The position numbers and the translations under genes are program-made. A stretch of 64,000 bases of DNA from Ferruginibacter sp. (GTDB lineage: Bacteria; Bacteroidota; Bacteroidia; Chitinophagales; Chitinophagaceae), in contig JAOAUI010000361.1 of assembly GCA_030157685.1 (NCBI GenBank), forward strand, positions 13,802-77,801, in the 5' to 3' direction. Of this stretch, positions 29,581-38,952 are shown piece by piece. The notes below the pieces were generated by a model, which made no database searches, was not told the origin of the DNA, and saw nothing but the letters and a program-made list of their open reading frames with translations. Each line of letters starts with the position of its first letter. Position 1 is the first letter of the stretch.

Positions 29581-31449
29581 ATGTTTCAAAATTACGATAT
29601 AATAGTAGTAGGCGCTGGCCATGCGGGTTGCGAAGCCGCTGCCGCCGCTGCAAATCTAGGTAGCAAAGTTTTACTGGTTACTATGAATTTGCAAACCATT
29701 GCCCAAATGAGTTGCAACCCCGCTATGGGAGGAATTGCAAAAGGCCAGATTGTACGGGAAATTGATGCTATGGGTGGATACAGCGGCATTGTTACAGATA
29801 AAAGCATGATCCAGTTCAGGATGCTGAACCGTTCAAAAGGTCCGGCCATGTGGAGCCCCAGGGTACAAAGCGACAGGATGCTTTTTGCTGCAACCTGGCG
29901 GGAAATGCTTGAAAACACCCCAAATGTTGATTTTTACCAGGATACAGTACAAGGCCTTATCATTGAAGATGGTATGGCTGTTGGTGTAACAACTGGGCTT
30001 GGGCATCAAATCAGATCAAAAGCCGTTGTTTTAACTAATGGTACTTTCTTAAACGGTGTTATACATATTGGAGAGAAAAATTTTGGTGGTGGAAGAATGG
30101 CCGAAAAAGCCTCAACCGGCATAACAGAGCAGCTGGTTTCTCTCGGTTTTGAAACCGACAGGTTAAAAACCGGCACACCACCCAGGATTGACGGCAGAAG
30201 CCTTGATTACTCTAAAATGGAAGAACAAAAAGGTGATGACGAAATTGTAGGCTTTAGTTACCTGGATATTGATAAAATAAAACCTGAACAACAAAGAAGC
30301 TGCTGGATAACCTACACAAATGAAAAAGTACACGAACTTTTAAAGACTGGTTTTGAGCAAAGTCCTATGTATCAAGGCCGTATACAGGGAACTGGTCCCA
30401 GGTATTGCCCCAGTATTGAAGATAAAATAAGCAGGTTTGCCCAAAGAGACAGGCACCAGCTATTTGTAGAACCGGAAGGATTCAATACCATAGAGATATA
30501 TGTGAATGGTTTTTCTACTTCGCTACCAGAAGATGTTCAACTTCAGGCACTTAGGTTGGTTCCTGGCTTTGAAAACTGTAAAATGTTCAGACCGGGTTAT
30601 GCTATTGAGTATGATTTCTTTCCCCCAACACAACTAAAATTCAGCCTTGAAACTAAATTGATTGGTGGTTTATTTTTTGCCGGGCAAATTAATGGAACAA
30701 CAGGATATGAAGAAGCCGCCTGCCAGGGTTTAATGGCAGGAATTAATGCCCATCAAAAAACAAGAAAATTAGAACCGGTTATCTTAAAAAGAAGCGAAGC
30801 CTATATCGGCGTTTTGATTGACGACTTGATAAACAAAGGAACAGATGAGCCATACCGCATGTTTACCAGTCGTGCCGAATTCAGAACTTTGTTAAGACAG
30901 GACAATGCAGACCTGCGGCTTACAGAAACAAGTTACCGGCTTGGCCTGGCATCGCAGGAAAGAATGGATAAAGTAAAAGCCAAAAGAGAAAATGTAGAGA
31001 AGATAAAAGCACTGCTTAATTCACTAAGCCTGGATTCTGAAGAAACTGCCGGCTTTTTAAAAAGCGTACAATCATCTACGTTATTAACTAAACAGAAAGC
31101 GGCGCAGTTATTGCTCAGGCCAATGATTGGGCTCAATGAAATGATCAAATACATTCCCAAAGTAAAAGAAGCCCTTGACGGTTTTGATAATGAAACACTG
31201 GAACAGGCTGAGATACAGATAAAGTACGACACCTATATTGAAAAGGAAAAGGAATTGGTTTCTAAAATGAGCCAGTTGGAAGATCTGATTATTCCGGATA
31301 ATTTTAATTACGAAAAACTCGTTTCGCTTAGCAACGAGGCCCGTCAGAAATTTACAAAAATAAAACCCAGAACATTAGGGCAAGCGTCACGAATTTCAGG
31401 AGTTAACCCCAGCGACGTACAAATATTAATGGTTTTTATGGGTCGATAA
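29581..31449 (+). CDS. mnmG: tRNA uridine-5-carboxymethylaminomethyl modification enzyme MnmG (GidA)
   Basis: GAGHAGCEAA, SCNPAMGG, RLKTGTPPR, GPRYCPSIEDK, GQINGTTGYEEAA; -7 element TACCTTTG at 29567-29574 supports ATG 29581. Confidence 0.97.
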   Translation: MFQNYDIIVVGAGHAGCEAAAAAANLGSKVLLVTMNLQTIAQMSCNPAMGGIAKGQIVREIDAMGGYSGIVTDKSMIQFRMLNRSKGPAMWSPRVQSDRMLFAATWREMLENTPNVDFYQDTVQGLIIEDGMAVGVTTGLGHQIRSKAVVLTNGTFLNGVIHIGEKNFGGGRMAEKASTGITEQLVSLGFETDRLKTGTPPRIDGRSLDYSKMEEQKGDDEIVGFSYLDIDKIKPEQQRSCWITYTNEKVHELLKTGFEQSPMYQGRIQGTGPRYCPSIEDKISRFAQRDRHQLFVEPEGFNTIEIYVNGFSTSLPEDVQLQALRLVPGFENCKMFRPGYAIEYDFFPPTQLKFSLETKLIGGLFFAGQINGTTGYEEAACQGLMAGINAHQKTRKLEPVILKRSEAYIGVLIDDLINKGTDEPYRMFTSRAEFRTLLRQDNADLRLTETSYRLGLASQERMDKVKAKRENVEKIKALLNSLSLDSEETAGFLKSVQSSTLLTKQKAAQLLLRPMIGLNEMIKYIPKVKEALDGFDNETLEQAEIQIKYDTYIEKEKELVSKMSQLEDLIIPDNFNYEKLVSLSNEARQKFTKIKPRTLGQASRISGVNPSDVQILMVFMGR

Positions 31450-31460
31450 AACATAAACAC

Positions 31461-31976
31461 ATGAGCCTCAATTTTAAAGCAAATACCCCCAAGGAATTAA
31501 TTTTTGAGCATGTAGCAGAATACCTGCATCTTAAAAATTTAAAAATTAATAAGCAGGACAATACCCGGCCCTGGGGTGGCTTTTTTGTGATTGAAGAAGC
31601 TGAGGCAGAGAAATTTATAAAGCTGTATTTCCCTGATTTTACAAAGGAAGAACTGAGTATTTCCGGTAAACTGAGTCCTAAAATACTAATAGTAGCGCCT
31701 GAGAAAAGATTAAGCTGGCAATACCATAACCGCCGGGCCGAAATATGGCAACTCATTGGCGGAACTGCGGCTGTGGTAACCAGTGATACCGACGAACAAA
31801 AAGAAACCACCACCTTACAAACAGGAGATTTCATTCAGTTAAAACAAGGAGAAAGACACCGTTTGGTTGGCCTGGATAGCTGGGGAATTGTGGCTGAAAT
31901 ATGGCAACACACCAATGCAGCAAACCCAAGCAATGAAGAAGATATTGTAAGGGTGCAGGATGATTTTGGCAGATAA
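31461..31976 (+). CDS. Cupin protein, mannose-6-phosphate isomerase type II C-terminal-like
   Basis: RPWGGF, RLSWQYHNRRAEIW, ERHRL, EEDIVRVQDDFGR. Confidence 0.8.
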   Translation: MSLNFKANTPKELIFEHVAEYLHLKNLKINKQDNTRPWGGFFVIEEAEAEKFIKLYFPDFTKEELSISGKLSPKILIVAPEKRLSWQYHNRRAEIWQLIGGTAAVVTSDTDEQKETTTLQTGDFIQLKQGERHRLVGLDSWGIVAEIWQHTNAANPSNEEDIVRVQDDFGR

Positions 31977-32122
31977 TAGGTCAAAACACACAAACACCAA
32001 AATGGTAAAGTTTTGCAAAATAGGTGCTACTGGGTATAGTTTGCTATGCAATATCGTTCTATTTTTCCTCTTTCAATTAAGCACCTTATTTAACCCAATC
32101 ATTGCAACCAGAATTTCCGCTG

Positions 32123-34099
32123 ATGAAATATTTCCTGTTTCTGCTCTCTGTGTTTATCACAACAAACTCGCTTTCGCAAAACAAGCTGGCACTGATTGTT
32201 GCTGTGGGCGAATATCCAGCAACAAGCAAAATTAAACCAATAGCATCTGTAAACGATGTAAAATATATTAAAGCGGCCTTAAGCAGAAATGGTTTTGAAC
32301 AAAAGAACATCGACACGCTGATTAACAGCAAGGCAACTAAAAAGGCGATAATAAATGCGCTTACCCAGCTTTCTGAAAAAGCAAAGAAAAACGATATCGT
32401 TGTCATTCATCTTTCGTGCCACGGCCAGCAGATAAGAGACCAAAAAACTATTGAGCTTGGAAAAGATGAAGACGATGGTTATGATGAAGCCTTTTTGCCT
32501 TATGATGCAATGCCCAAATACAACCCTACCGGGTACAAAGGGGAAAATCACCTGCGTGATGATGATCTGTATCCGCTTCTTCTTAACATAAGAAAAAAAC
32601 TTGGCAGCGAGGGAAGCCTGTTGGTGCTTTTAGATGCATGCCACTCCGGCACCGGTACCCGGGATGAAAGTTTTGCAGTAACCCGGGGTGAACCGATACC
32701 CTTTGCAAACCCTGAAAATCCAATGGATTCGACAATTAACTTATCTGCTGCAGAGGCAAAGCAGGGTTTTTTTGAAGCCGCCGCAGATTCGCTTTCAAAC
32801 ATGGTTGTAATAAGCGCTTCATCGCCTCACCAGGTAAATAAACAGGTTATTATTAACAATGAAGAGCTGGGCTCTCTGTCTTATTCTTTTTACAAAGCAT
32901 TAAACGAAATGACAGCAGAGAATACATATGAGTTGCTATTCGAAAAAATAAGAGCAACCATGCAGGCTTTTATTCCTGAGCAAATACCAATGATGGAAGG
33001 CCACGGACAGCAAATCATTTTCAACGGAAAATATAAACCAAGAGAAGACAAAGTTTACATAAGGGTAGGTGATAAAACGGGCGGCGGTATGGAAGATACT
33101 ATATTCAGTATTGAAAAAGGCTTGCTGGATAATATTGCAAACGGAACCAGCTGCAAAATATATAAAGCAGAAAGCAACGAAGTTTATACCACCGCAGTAA
33201 TAAAAAGAGTTGACAATTTCAGAAGCTATGGCGTAGCAGAAAAAAAACTGAACAAAACAGAATTATATGAAGTAAGAATAGATGAGGAGAATTACGGAAA
33301 ACTTGAGGCGGCCGTTAAACTTAGTTTTACAGAAGCTGACGCCCCGGCAAAAGCCCTGGAAAAGCAGGTGAAACAATTCATGAAGCCGTATAGTTTTTTA
33401 AAAATAGCAGATAAAGCAGATTTTCAGCTGGAAGTAAAAAAAGACGGAACCGGAAAACTGGCAACACTTACAGATAGAAATAATAAAACAATCTGGTCTG
33501 CAGGTATTTTAAATAAAGATTCATTATCTGCCGAACAGAAAAAACAATTTATTGCAGATATAAAAAAGGAATTAAGAATAAAGTATTTACGCACCATGCC
33601 CGATGGCGGGGAGCTGGCTGCGGATGTTACGGCAGAGATTGTGCCGGTAAAGGAATACAATAAAGCAACAGGAATAGAACTGGAAATTGGCGATACGTAT
33701 GCACTTCATATCCGTAACAACAGCAACGAGAAACTTTATTATACAGTTCTGGATATTTATCCTGATAACAATGTAGAAGTGATGTATCCGTACAAAGGAA
33801 AGGAGCCAGCTGATTATATTGTAGAGAAAAAAAATGTGGTTATAAGAAAATTAGCGGTAAGCAAAGGGAGCCCGGCTGGAGTAGAGTTTTTAAAAATAAT
33901 CGTTTCGAAAGAACCAATGGATTTAAGAAGTGTTTTTGAGAAAAAAATTACCAGAGACAATATGCAGTCTTTTCAAACAGTGCTTGATGATTTGTTTAAT
34001 GAAAAACAGGGGAAGTCTGCAACAAGAGCAGATATATCAAACGTTAAAGCCGAAGAAATCGGAATAATTAGCGTTAGCTTTATTATCAAAAAACCTTAA
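32123..34099 (+). CDS. Exported caspase-family (C14, metacaspase-like) peptidase with C-terminal DUF4384-like domain
   Basis: Signal peptide MKYFLF...NSLS|Q; HLSCHG and LDACHSG dyad; acidic DEDDGYDE loop; C-terminal IRNNSNEKLYYTVLDIYPD...GVEFLKIIVS. Start placed at ATG 32123. Confidence 0.88.
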   Translation: MKYFLFLLSVFITTNSLSQNKLALIVAVGEYPATSKIKPIASVNDVKYIKAALSRNGFEQKNIDTLINSKATKKAIINALTQLSEKAKKNDIVVIHLSCHGQQIRDQKTIELGKDEDDGYDEAFLPYDAMPKYNPTGYKGENHLRDDDLYPLLLNIRKKLGSEGSLLVLLDACHSGTGTRDESFAVTRGEPIPFANPENPMDSTINLSAAEAKQGFFEAAADSLSNMVVISASSPHQVNKQVIINNEELGSLSYSFYKALNEMTAENTYELLFEKIRATMQAFIPEQIPMMEGHGQQIIFNGKYKPREDKVYIRVGDKTGGGMEDTIFSIEKGLLDNIANGTSCKIYKAESNEVYTTAVIKRVDNFRSYGVAEKKLNKTELYEVRIDEENYGKLEAAVKLSFTEADAPAKALEKQVKQFMKPYSFLKIADKADFQLEVKKDGTGKLATLTDRNNKTIWSAGILNKDSLSAEQKKQFIADIKKELRIKYLRTMPDGGELAADVTAEIVPVKEYNKATGIELEIGDTYALHIRNNSNEKLYYTVLDIYPDNNVEVMYPYKGKEPADYIVEKKNVVIRKLAVSKGSPAGVEFLKIIVSKEPMDLRSVFEKKITRDNMQSFQTVLDDLFNEKQGKSATRADISNVKAEEIGIISVSFIIKKP

Positions 34100-34108
34100 T
34101 CTTATTAA

Positions 34109-37100
34109 TTGAAACTACCAGCCAAAAAATATTACCTCTGCTTTATTTTTCTTTTAAGCTGTGCATTTTCTTATGCACAAAAGCCTGCCGAAACAGAAGA
34201 AAGGGAACTGTACTTCGACATATATTATGCTTTCAGGAAAAGCGACACCATGTATGTATTTTTTGATGGAGCCCAGGGTTTGGGTATTAAAAAAGGCACT
34301 TTAATAAATGCATACCTGGCATACTCAAGTAAAAAAAATGCAGCCGGGCAAAGCAGGAAATTTAAATCAGCTGGTGCCGGTAAGGTATTTAAGGCAGATA
34401 GCTTGATAGCCGCCATGGTAAAACTTGATAAGATAGAGGATACGCTTGCAGATGGAGACCTGGTTTCAATAAAACTAAATATTCCCCTTATTGAGCGCCG
34501 CAGCATTTTTTCGGAGCTGGCATTTAATAAAATACTTTTTACTAATTTATCCAAACAAGGCATTTATAAACTCACCGATATTCTTTTCACCGATAATAAG
34601 CAAAAAGAAGATTCGCTGTATTCATTAATGCTGAAGGATTTACACGACTCTTATGCTTTTATGAAGGACAGAGAAGACATGAAGGATATGATGAATCAAA
34701 AAATTCCAGGTGGAAGATATGCCGGAAAAACATTCCTCGAAATGCTTGGGGATGCAAAAAGAGAAGACCTTGAAAGTTATTTTCTTTATGTAACAGCCTA
34801 TCCCGATAACTACAGAGGTAAAAATTTTAAGCTAAACGAAACCTTTGTTACCTGGGCTTTAAACAATGCTCCCCTCAGCCCCGGCGAAGTAAAAAGGGCT
34901 TTGTTTCCTGTTTATAAAAACAAGGAAATGTTTTTAAAACTTTTGCCTGCGTATAAAAAAGATATCATTGAGGAGAATCATTGCCTCTCTTTTATTAAAG
35001 ATGTTGAAAAGTTATTGGCCAACAATAAATTTACCGAAGCTGCTGCACTTAATGATTTTATAAAAACAATTGCTTATGCTGTTAATGATACAGGAGGCAA
35101 ATCGCTTACCTGGGTAATTGCAGCAGAAATAAACCATAAGCAGGATAAATATGATATTGCTGTACCGCAATGCGATTCCGCAATAAAGTATGCATTATTG
35201 GCAAATGAACATGAATATGAATTGGCAGCCATTTCAAAAAAGATATTTTGTCTCAATAAGTTATTACAATTTACAAAAGCAAAAGTCCTGATTCAGGAAT
35301 TCGAAAGAAAACTTACAGCCTATAAATCAACCCTGGACGAAAAAACTTACAACAGCAATTGGCAGAAAAGATACGAATATGAAGGATCCATGTACTATGC
35401 CGAAGGTAATTATGACCTTGCTCTTAAATCTTATGCAAGCCTGATTGATTTAAACAAAGGAATCAACAGTTTTGCATCGTTGTTGAAAAATGCAGAATAC
35501 CTTGCTTTTATTGGCCGTGTAAATAACGACCAGGGAAAACCATCCGCCGCCTTGGATGCATTTAGAGATGCTGCCCAAACCTACAGGCTTAATTACGATA
35601 CACTCAATTGGGCAAAAGTGCAAAACGATATAGCAAACAGCTATTATAAACTTGCCAACTACAGTAAATGTATGGCCTACACCGATTCTGCCATGAAAAA
35701 ATTATTGCAGATCAACGAGTTTAATTATGCTGGTTATTCCAAATCTTTACAAGGAAGCTGTTACTGGGAACTGGGTAAATATGATTCTGCAGTAACAGCT
35801 CATCAGGAATCTATTCTATTGCGAAAAAAAGCAAATAACTTATCCGGACAGGCACACTCATGGAAAAGTATAGGACAATTATATTTACTAAGCGGACAAA
35901 AAAAACCAGCACTGTTGGCTTATGATTCGGCTGCCCATTTTTACCAGCAATTAAAAGACAGCTCCGGACTTGCCGAAACTTATAATAAAAAAGGCAACGT
36001 TTTTTATAACGATGAAAACAATAAAAAAGCCGTAGAGTATTTCGAAAAGGCAAAGGGGGTTAACAGTAAATCTACCATTGAGGCATTGTATAATTTAGGC
36101 AATGCATGGTATGCGATAGATTCAGTAAAATCACGTAATTATTATATAGCCTGTATTCAATTAAGTGAAAGCACAAAAAACATTGGTTATCTTTTTGATG
36201 CCACACGTAGCCTTGCAAACCTGGCTTATCGTACAGATAATGTAGCCGGAGGCGATAAATTATATGCCACATGCCTTGAATTGAGTAAGCAATTAAATAC
36301 CGCAAGCAGCTATGGCGATTGCCTGTCTTTAAAAGCGTATGGTTTCAAAACACAATCTCAGTTAGACAGCGCTTTGCTTTATTACAACCAGGCCAAATCT
36401 GTTTTTGATACAGCCAGCCAGTCTGGTGTTATCTGGCAACTTAATGGTATTGCCGATGTGTATATCTCTATGGGTAATTTTCCAAAAGCAAAAGAAGCAT
36501 TCAACAAAGCTATTAAGCTTGCAGAAGAAACCTATAACAATATTGCACTTGGATCAACTTTAGAAGCAACCTCTTTTTTATATGCGCTTACAGGCGAGTT
36601 TAACGAAGGTTTAAAAAACAGTGATAGTGCCCTGGCAATATTCAGCAGCTCGGATAATATTGTGAGACTGGCAAATACTTATGCATCAAGAGGTACACTT
36701 TATAAAAGCATGGGCGAGTATAAGAAATCAATCAACTCATTTTTAATAGCCGATAGCTTATATAAAGATCAGGAAATACTTGAAAGCAGGGGCGTGGTTG
36801 CGGCAAATATAGGCGTAACATATTTTACCCAGAGTGATTATGCGAACGCATTAAAATACCAAAGGCAGGCCTTCGATCAACTTAATAAAGGCGTAAACAA
36901 TGAATCTTATCTTTTAGCCAAAGGAAATATTGGAGAATATTTATTTTATTTAAAAAAGTACAGCGAGGCTGAAAAAGAATTGCTGGAAGTATATCCAATA
37001 ACAAAAGAGAAAAAATTATACCGGGTAGCATCTGGTATAGCCCTCAGCCTGGGTAAATTGTATTACGAAACAAAGCAAACAGAAAAATCAATTGTCTATT

Positions 37101-38881
37101 TTGAATATGCAGCCGAATATGCAAGCAGCAGTGGAGAAAAAGAAAAAGCTATTGAGGCATTAACCTTTCTGGGACAAATTGATAAAGACAAGGGCAAAAC
37201 AGAAAAAGCAGAAAATGATTTTAGAAAAGCCGCAGCCATTGTTGCAGAATATAAAATTGCTTTAGGATGGGAGCCATTTTATCAGCTCGGAATTTTATAC
37301 TACACACAAAATAAATTTGACAGCGCTGTAAAGTATTTTAAACAGGCGGTAGAGCTGCTTGACAAAAACACAGAAAATTTGTATGGGGGAGAAGAGGCCC
37401 GTAAAATTTTTAATAATGACCCTAAAAAATCTGACCTCTATAATAAGATAACATTCTCTTACTTCAACATGGGCAATATAAACCAGGCCTGGGCTTATGC
37501 CAACAGAAGTAATATTGCAGGAATAAAAGAACTTTCGGGTTCGTTATCCGCTTCATCAAATAACGAAGAAAAAAACGAAGCACTCAAAAAACTGCTGGCT
37601 ATGCAGCAATCTAAAAAGGCTTTGGAAAACACGCTTGAAAAACAGGAGGGATTGGCAAAAGAAGAAACATTAAAGAAGATAGAAATTGTGGAAGCTGATT
37701 ATAACAATTTCCTAGAGGATGTGGTGGAAAAATACCCGGAGTTGAGCGTATACTTTACAAAGTCAAATGCAGATGAATTTAATAACTACAAAAGCAAGTT
37801 GCCTAATGATGTGGGTGTGTTATTATACCTGCTTAATAATAATACCTTAATGATATTTTCTTTGACCAGGGAAAAACTTTCGGTTGATACCATGACGGTT
37901 GATGTAACGGCTAAAGTGAATTCTTTTATTGAAGCAATAAAAAATACATCAAAGCAAACCGGTACCGGGGCGCTGGCTGTAAGATCTGAACCGGTAGATG
38001 AAGAAAAGCCAGCCGGCAATGTTGAATTTAAAGATCTTTCAGCCCAGTTATACAATATGCTGATAAAAACAGTTGCCGATAAAATTAACGGCAAGAAAAA
38101 ATTATGCATAATCCCCACAGGTGTTTTCAGTAACATGCCTTTTCAATGCCTGGGTACTAAAACATCCAATAACAGCTTTAAATTTTTGATAGAAGATTAC
38201 AGCATTTTTTACACCAATAAAATGTCGGTATTTAATACTGGCGAAAAAGAGACTCCCCCAAAATCAAACATGAACTCCTTTGCAGTATTTGGTGTACCGG
38301 ATGCAACCTTAAGTTTTAATATAGATGAAGCAAAAGAAATTGGAAAAATTTTAGGATCAGATTCAACTGTATATTCCGATGCAAGGGCTACCGAAAGTAT
38401 GGCAAAGCAAAGCCTTCGAAATAAAAAGTACATTCACTTTGCCACACACGGCGTGTTAAATTATTCATCAGATTATTCGCAATCTTACCTGAAACTTTTA
38501 CCCGATAAAGACACCAGTAATGGCAACAACGGGCAATTAACCATGAGAGAAATTCAGGGACTGGGAATAAGCGATTGTAACATGGTGATACTTTCTGCAT
38601 GCCAGACGGCTGTAAGCAAGGCGTTGGTAAAAGGCTGGAATATTTCACCGGCCAATTCGTTTTTGGTTAGTAATGTAAAAACAGTTGTAGCCAGTTTGTG
38701 GAAAGTAGCTGATGAGCCAACGGGATTATTAATGCAATATTTTTATGAAAATCTTTCTTCGTCTGCATCTGTTAATAAAATAGATGCACTGCGATTGGCC
38801 CAGGTTAAATTAAGCCAGAATCCACGTTTCAGCCATCCAAACTATTGGGGAGCATTTGTATTGTATGGTGATTGGCGGTAA
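34109..38881 (+). CDS. Exported TPR-repeat protein with C-terminal CHAT peptidase domain, 1590 aa
   Basis: Signal peptide ...FSYA|Q; many TPR-like helices; IIPTG, HFATHG, LSACQT, ASLWKVAD, HPNYWGAFVLYG. Confidence 0.9.
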   Translation: MKLPAKKYYLCFIFLLSCAFSYAQKPAETEERELYFDIYYAFRKSDTMYVFFDGAQGLGIKKGTLINAYLAYSSKKNAAGQSRKFKSAGAGKVFKADSLIAAMVKLDKIEDTLADGDLVSIKLNIPLIERRSIFSELAFNKILFTNLSKQGIYKLTDILFTDNKQKEDSLYSLMLKDLHDSYAFMKDREDMKDMMNQKIPGGRYAGKTFLEMLGDAKREDLESYFLYVTAYPDNYRGKNFKLNETFVTWALNNAPLSPGEVKRALFPVYKNKEMFLKLLPAYKKDIIEENHCLSFIKDVEKLLANNKFTEAAALNDFIKTIAYAVNDTGGKSLTWVIAAEINHKQDKYDIAVPQCDSAIKYALLANEHEYELAAISKKIFCLNKLLQFTKAKVLIQEFERKLTAYKSTLDEKTYNSNWQKRYEYEGSMYYAEGNYDLALKSYASLIDLNKGINSFASLLKNAEYLAFIGRVNNDQGKPSAALDAFRDAAQTYRLNYDTLNWAKVQNDIANSYYKLANYSKCMAYTDSAMKKLLQINEFNYAGYSKSLQGSCYWELGKYDSAVTAHQESILLRKKANNLSGQAHSWKSIGQLYLLSGQKKPALLAYDSAAHFYQQLKDSSGLAETYNKKGNVFYNDENNKKAVEYFEKAKGVNSKSTIEALYNLGNAWYAIDSVKSRNYYIACIQLSESTKNIGYLFDATRSLANLAYRTDNVAGGDKLYATCLELSKQLNTASSYGDCLSLKAYGFKTQSQLDSALLYYNQAKSVFDTASQSGVIWQLNGIADVYISMGNFPKAKEAFNKAIKLAEETYNNIALGSTLEATSFLYALTGEFNEGLKNSDSALAIFSSSDNIVRLANTYASRGTLYKSMGEYKKSINSFLIADSLYKDQEILESRGVVAANIGVTYFTQSDYANALKYQRQAFDQLNKGVNNESYLLAKGNIGEYLFYLKKYSEAEKELLEVYPITKEKKLYRVASGIALSLGKLYYETKQTEKSIVYFEYAAEYASSSGEKEKAIEALTFLGQIDKDKGKTEKAENDFRKAAAIVAEYKIALGWEPFYQLGILYYTQNKFDSAVKYFKQAVELLDKNTENLYGGEEARKIFNNDPKKSDLYNKITFSYFNMGNINQAWAYANRSNIAGIKELSGSLSASSNNEEKNEALKKLLAMQQSKKALENTLEKQEGLAKEETLKKIEIVEADYNNFLEDVVEKYPELSVYFTKSNADEFNNYKSKLPNDVGVLLYLLNNNTLMIFSLTREKLSVDTMTVDVTAKVNSFIEAIKNTSKQTGTGALAVRSEPVDEEKPAGNVEFKDLSAQLYNMLIKTVADKINGKKKLCIIPTGVFSNMPFQCLGTKTSNNSFKFLIEDYSIFYTNKMSVFNTGEKETPPKSNMNSFAVFGVPDATLSFNIDEAKEIGKILGSDSTVYSDARATESMAKQSLRNKKYIHFATHGVLNYSSDYSQSYLKLLPDKDTSNGNNGQLTMREIQGLGISDCNMVILSACQTAVSKALVKGWNISPANSFLVSNVKTVVASLWKVADEPTGLLMQYFYENLSSSASVNKIDALRLAQVKLSQNPRFSHPNYWGAFVLYGDWR

Positions 38882-38885
38882 ATAA

Positions 38886-38903
38886 ATACCCTCTGGAGGG
38901 TAT
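38886..38903. promoter_or_regulatory. Perfect palindrome, candidate operator
   Basis: ATACCCTC-TG-GAGGGTAT between the CHAT stop and the M12 start; no T-tract follows. Confidence 0.4.
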
Positions 38904-38952
38904 AGAAATAAATTTTGAAGCGTTTAATTTTAATTAAAATAAATACACAATT

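Noticed and set aside
32123-38881. Gasdermin or Craspase defence locus
   Set aside because: No gasdermin-like or Cas7-11 gene is adjacent, and the proteins carry signal peptides
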